Source of the DNA: Lama glama
Taxonomy: Eukaryota
Reading direction: 5' to 3'
Assembly: GCA_028534125.1 (NCBI GenBank)
Contig: CM052817.1
Location: 8,682,001-8,746,000 of the forward strand
Length of the DNA stretch: 64,000 bases
The position numbers and the translations under genes were made by a program. The number at the start of each line of letters is the position of its first letter. Position 1 is the stretch's first letter. The notes under the pieces are model-generated. The model saw only the letters and a list, made by a program, of their open reading frames with translations, made no database searches and was not told where the DNA came from. Of the stretch, positions 63,668 to 64,000 are shown in pieces.

Positions 63668-64000
63668 GGTGTCTTGTAGTGGGGTCAAAATGGATTTGAG
63701 GAGCGAAAAGAGATGGAATTAGGAACAAAAGATAAAATGTTTATAAAATGCCTGAGATTATATTCAGACTACTGGATGGTCAGAAAAGTAAAAACCTTAG
63801 AAACTGAACTTTCAAAAAATCTTTTAAAGAAGTGTTCAAGCTGCATAGATTTTTTTTTTTTGAGCTGTGAAGGAATAGCTGATTTTATTTTGTCCATGAA
63901 AGTAAATAGCCAAGAAGCATTCATCAGGCTAGATAGAACCCTGGGAATGATTATTCCTAAGGAATAAACCCTTGGAGAATCAGATCATCCCTCTTGCAAA

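Noticed and set aside
1..64000. CRISPR array, operon, or novel defence or other multi-gene system
   Set aside because: The sequence is eukaryotic and repeat-dominated; I saw no regularly spaced repeat-spacer array and no long intact ORFs, and the short direct repeats found are explained as TSDs

Overview
AT-rich, CpG-poor mammalian genomic DNA, most likely camelid (alpaca, llama or camel). That call rests on a tRNA-derived Vic-1-type SINE at 6.7 kb and young camelid/cetartiodactyl-type L1 3' ends, both recognised from memory of consensus sequences. I found no convincing protein-coding gene, RNA gene, CRISPR array or novel multi-gene system. The supplied ORFs are transposon remnants, low-complexity sequence or chance frames. 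The window is a layered mosaic of interspersed repeats: L2, MIR, old L1M and young L1 fragments, ERVL/MaLR/ERV1 LTRs, an ERV-L pol/dUTPase remnant, and DNA transposons (Tigger1, MER82, MER3, MER20, MER5A, MER58). Several insertions keep directly visible target-site duplications (TSDs) and are nested. The best leads are a 34-nt minus-strand candidate micro-exon with strong splice signals (28323-28356), a 34-bp ultra-truncated L1 with a perfect 16-bp TSD, an L1-in-L1 nest, a perfect hairpin that looks like a template-switch scar, and a probable old local duplication. Repeat subfamily names and boundaries without TSDs are approximate and need RepeatMasker/Dfam confirmation.
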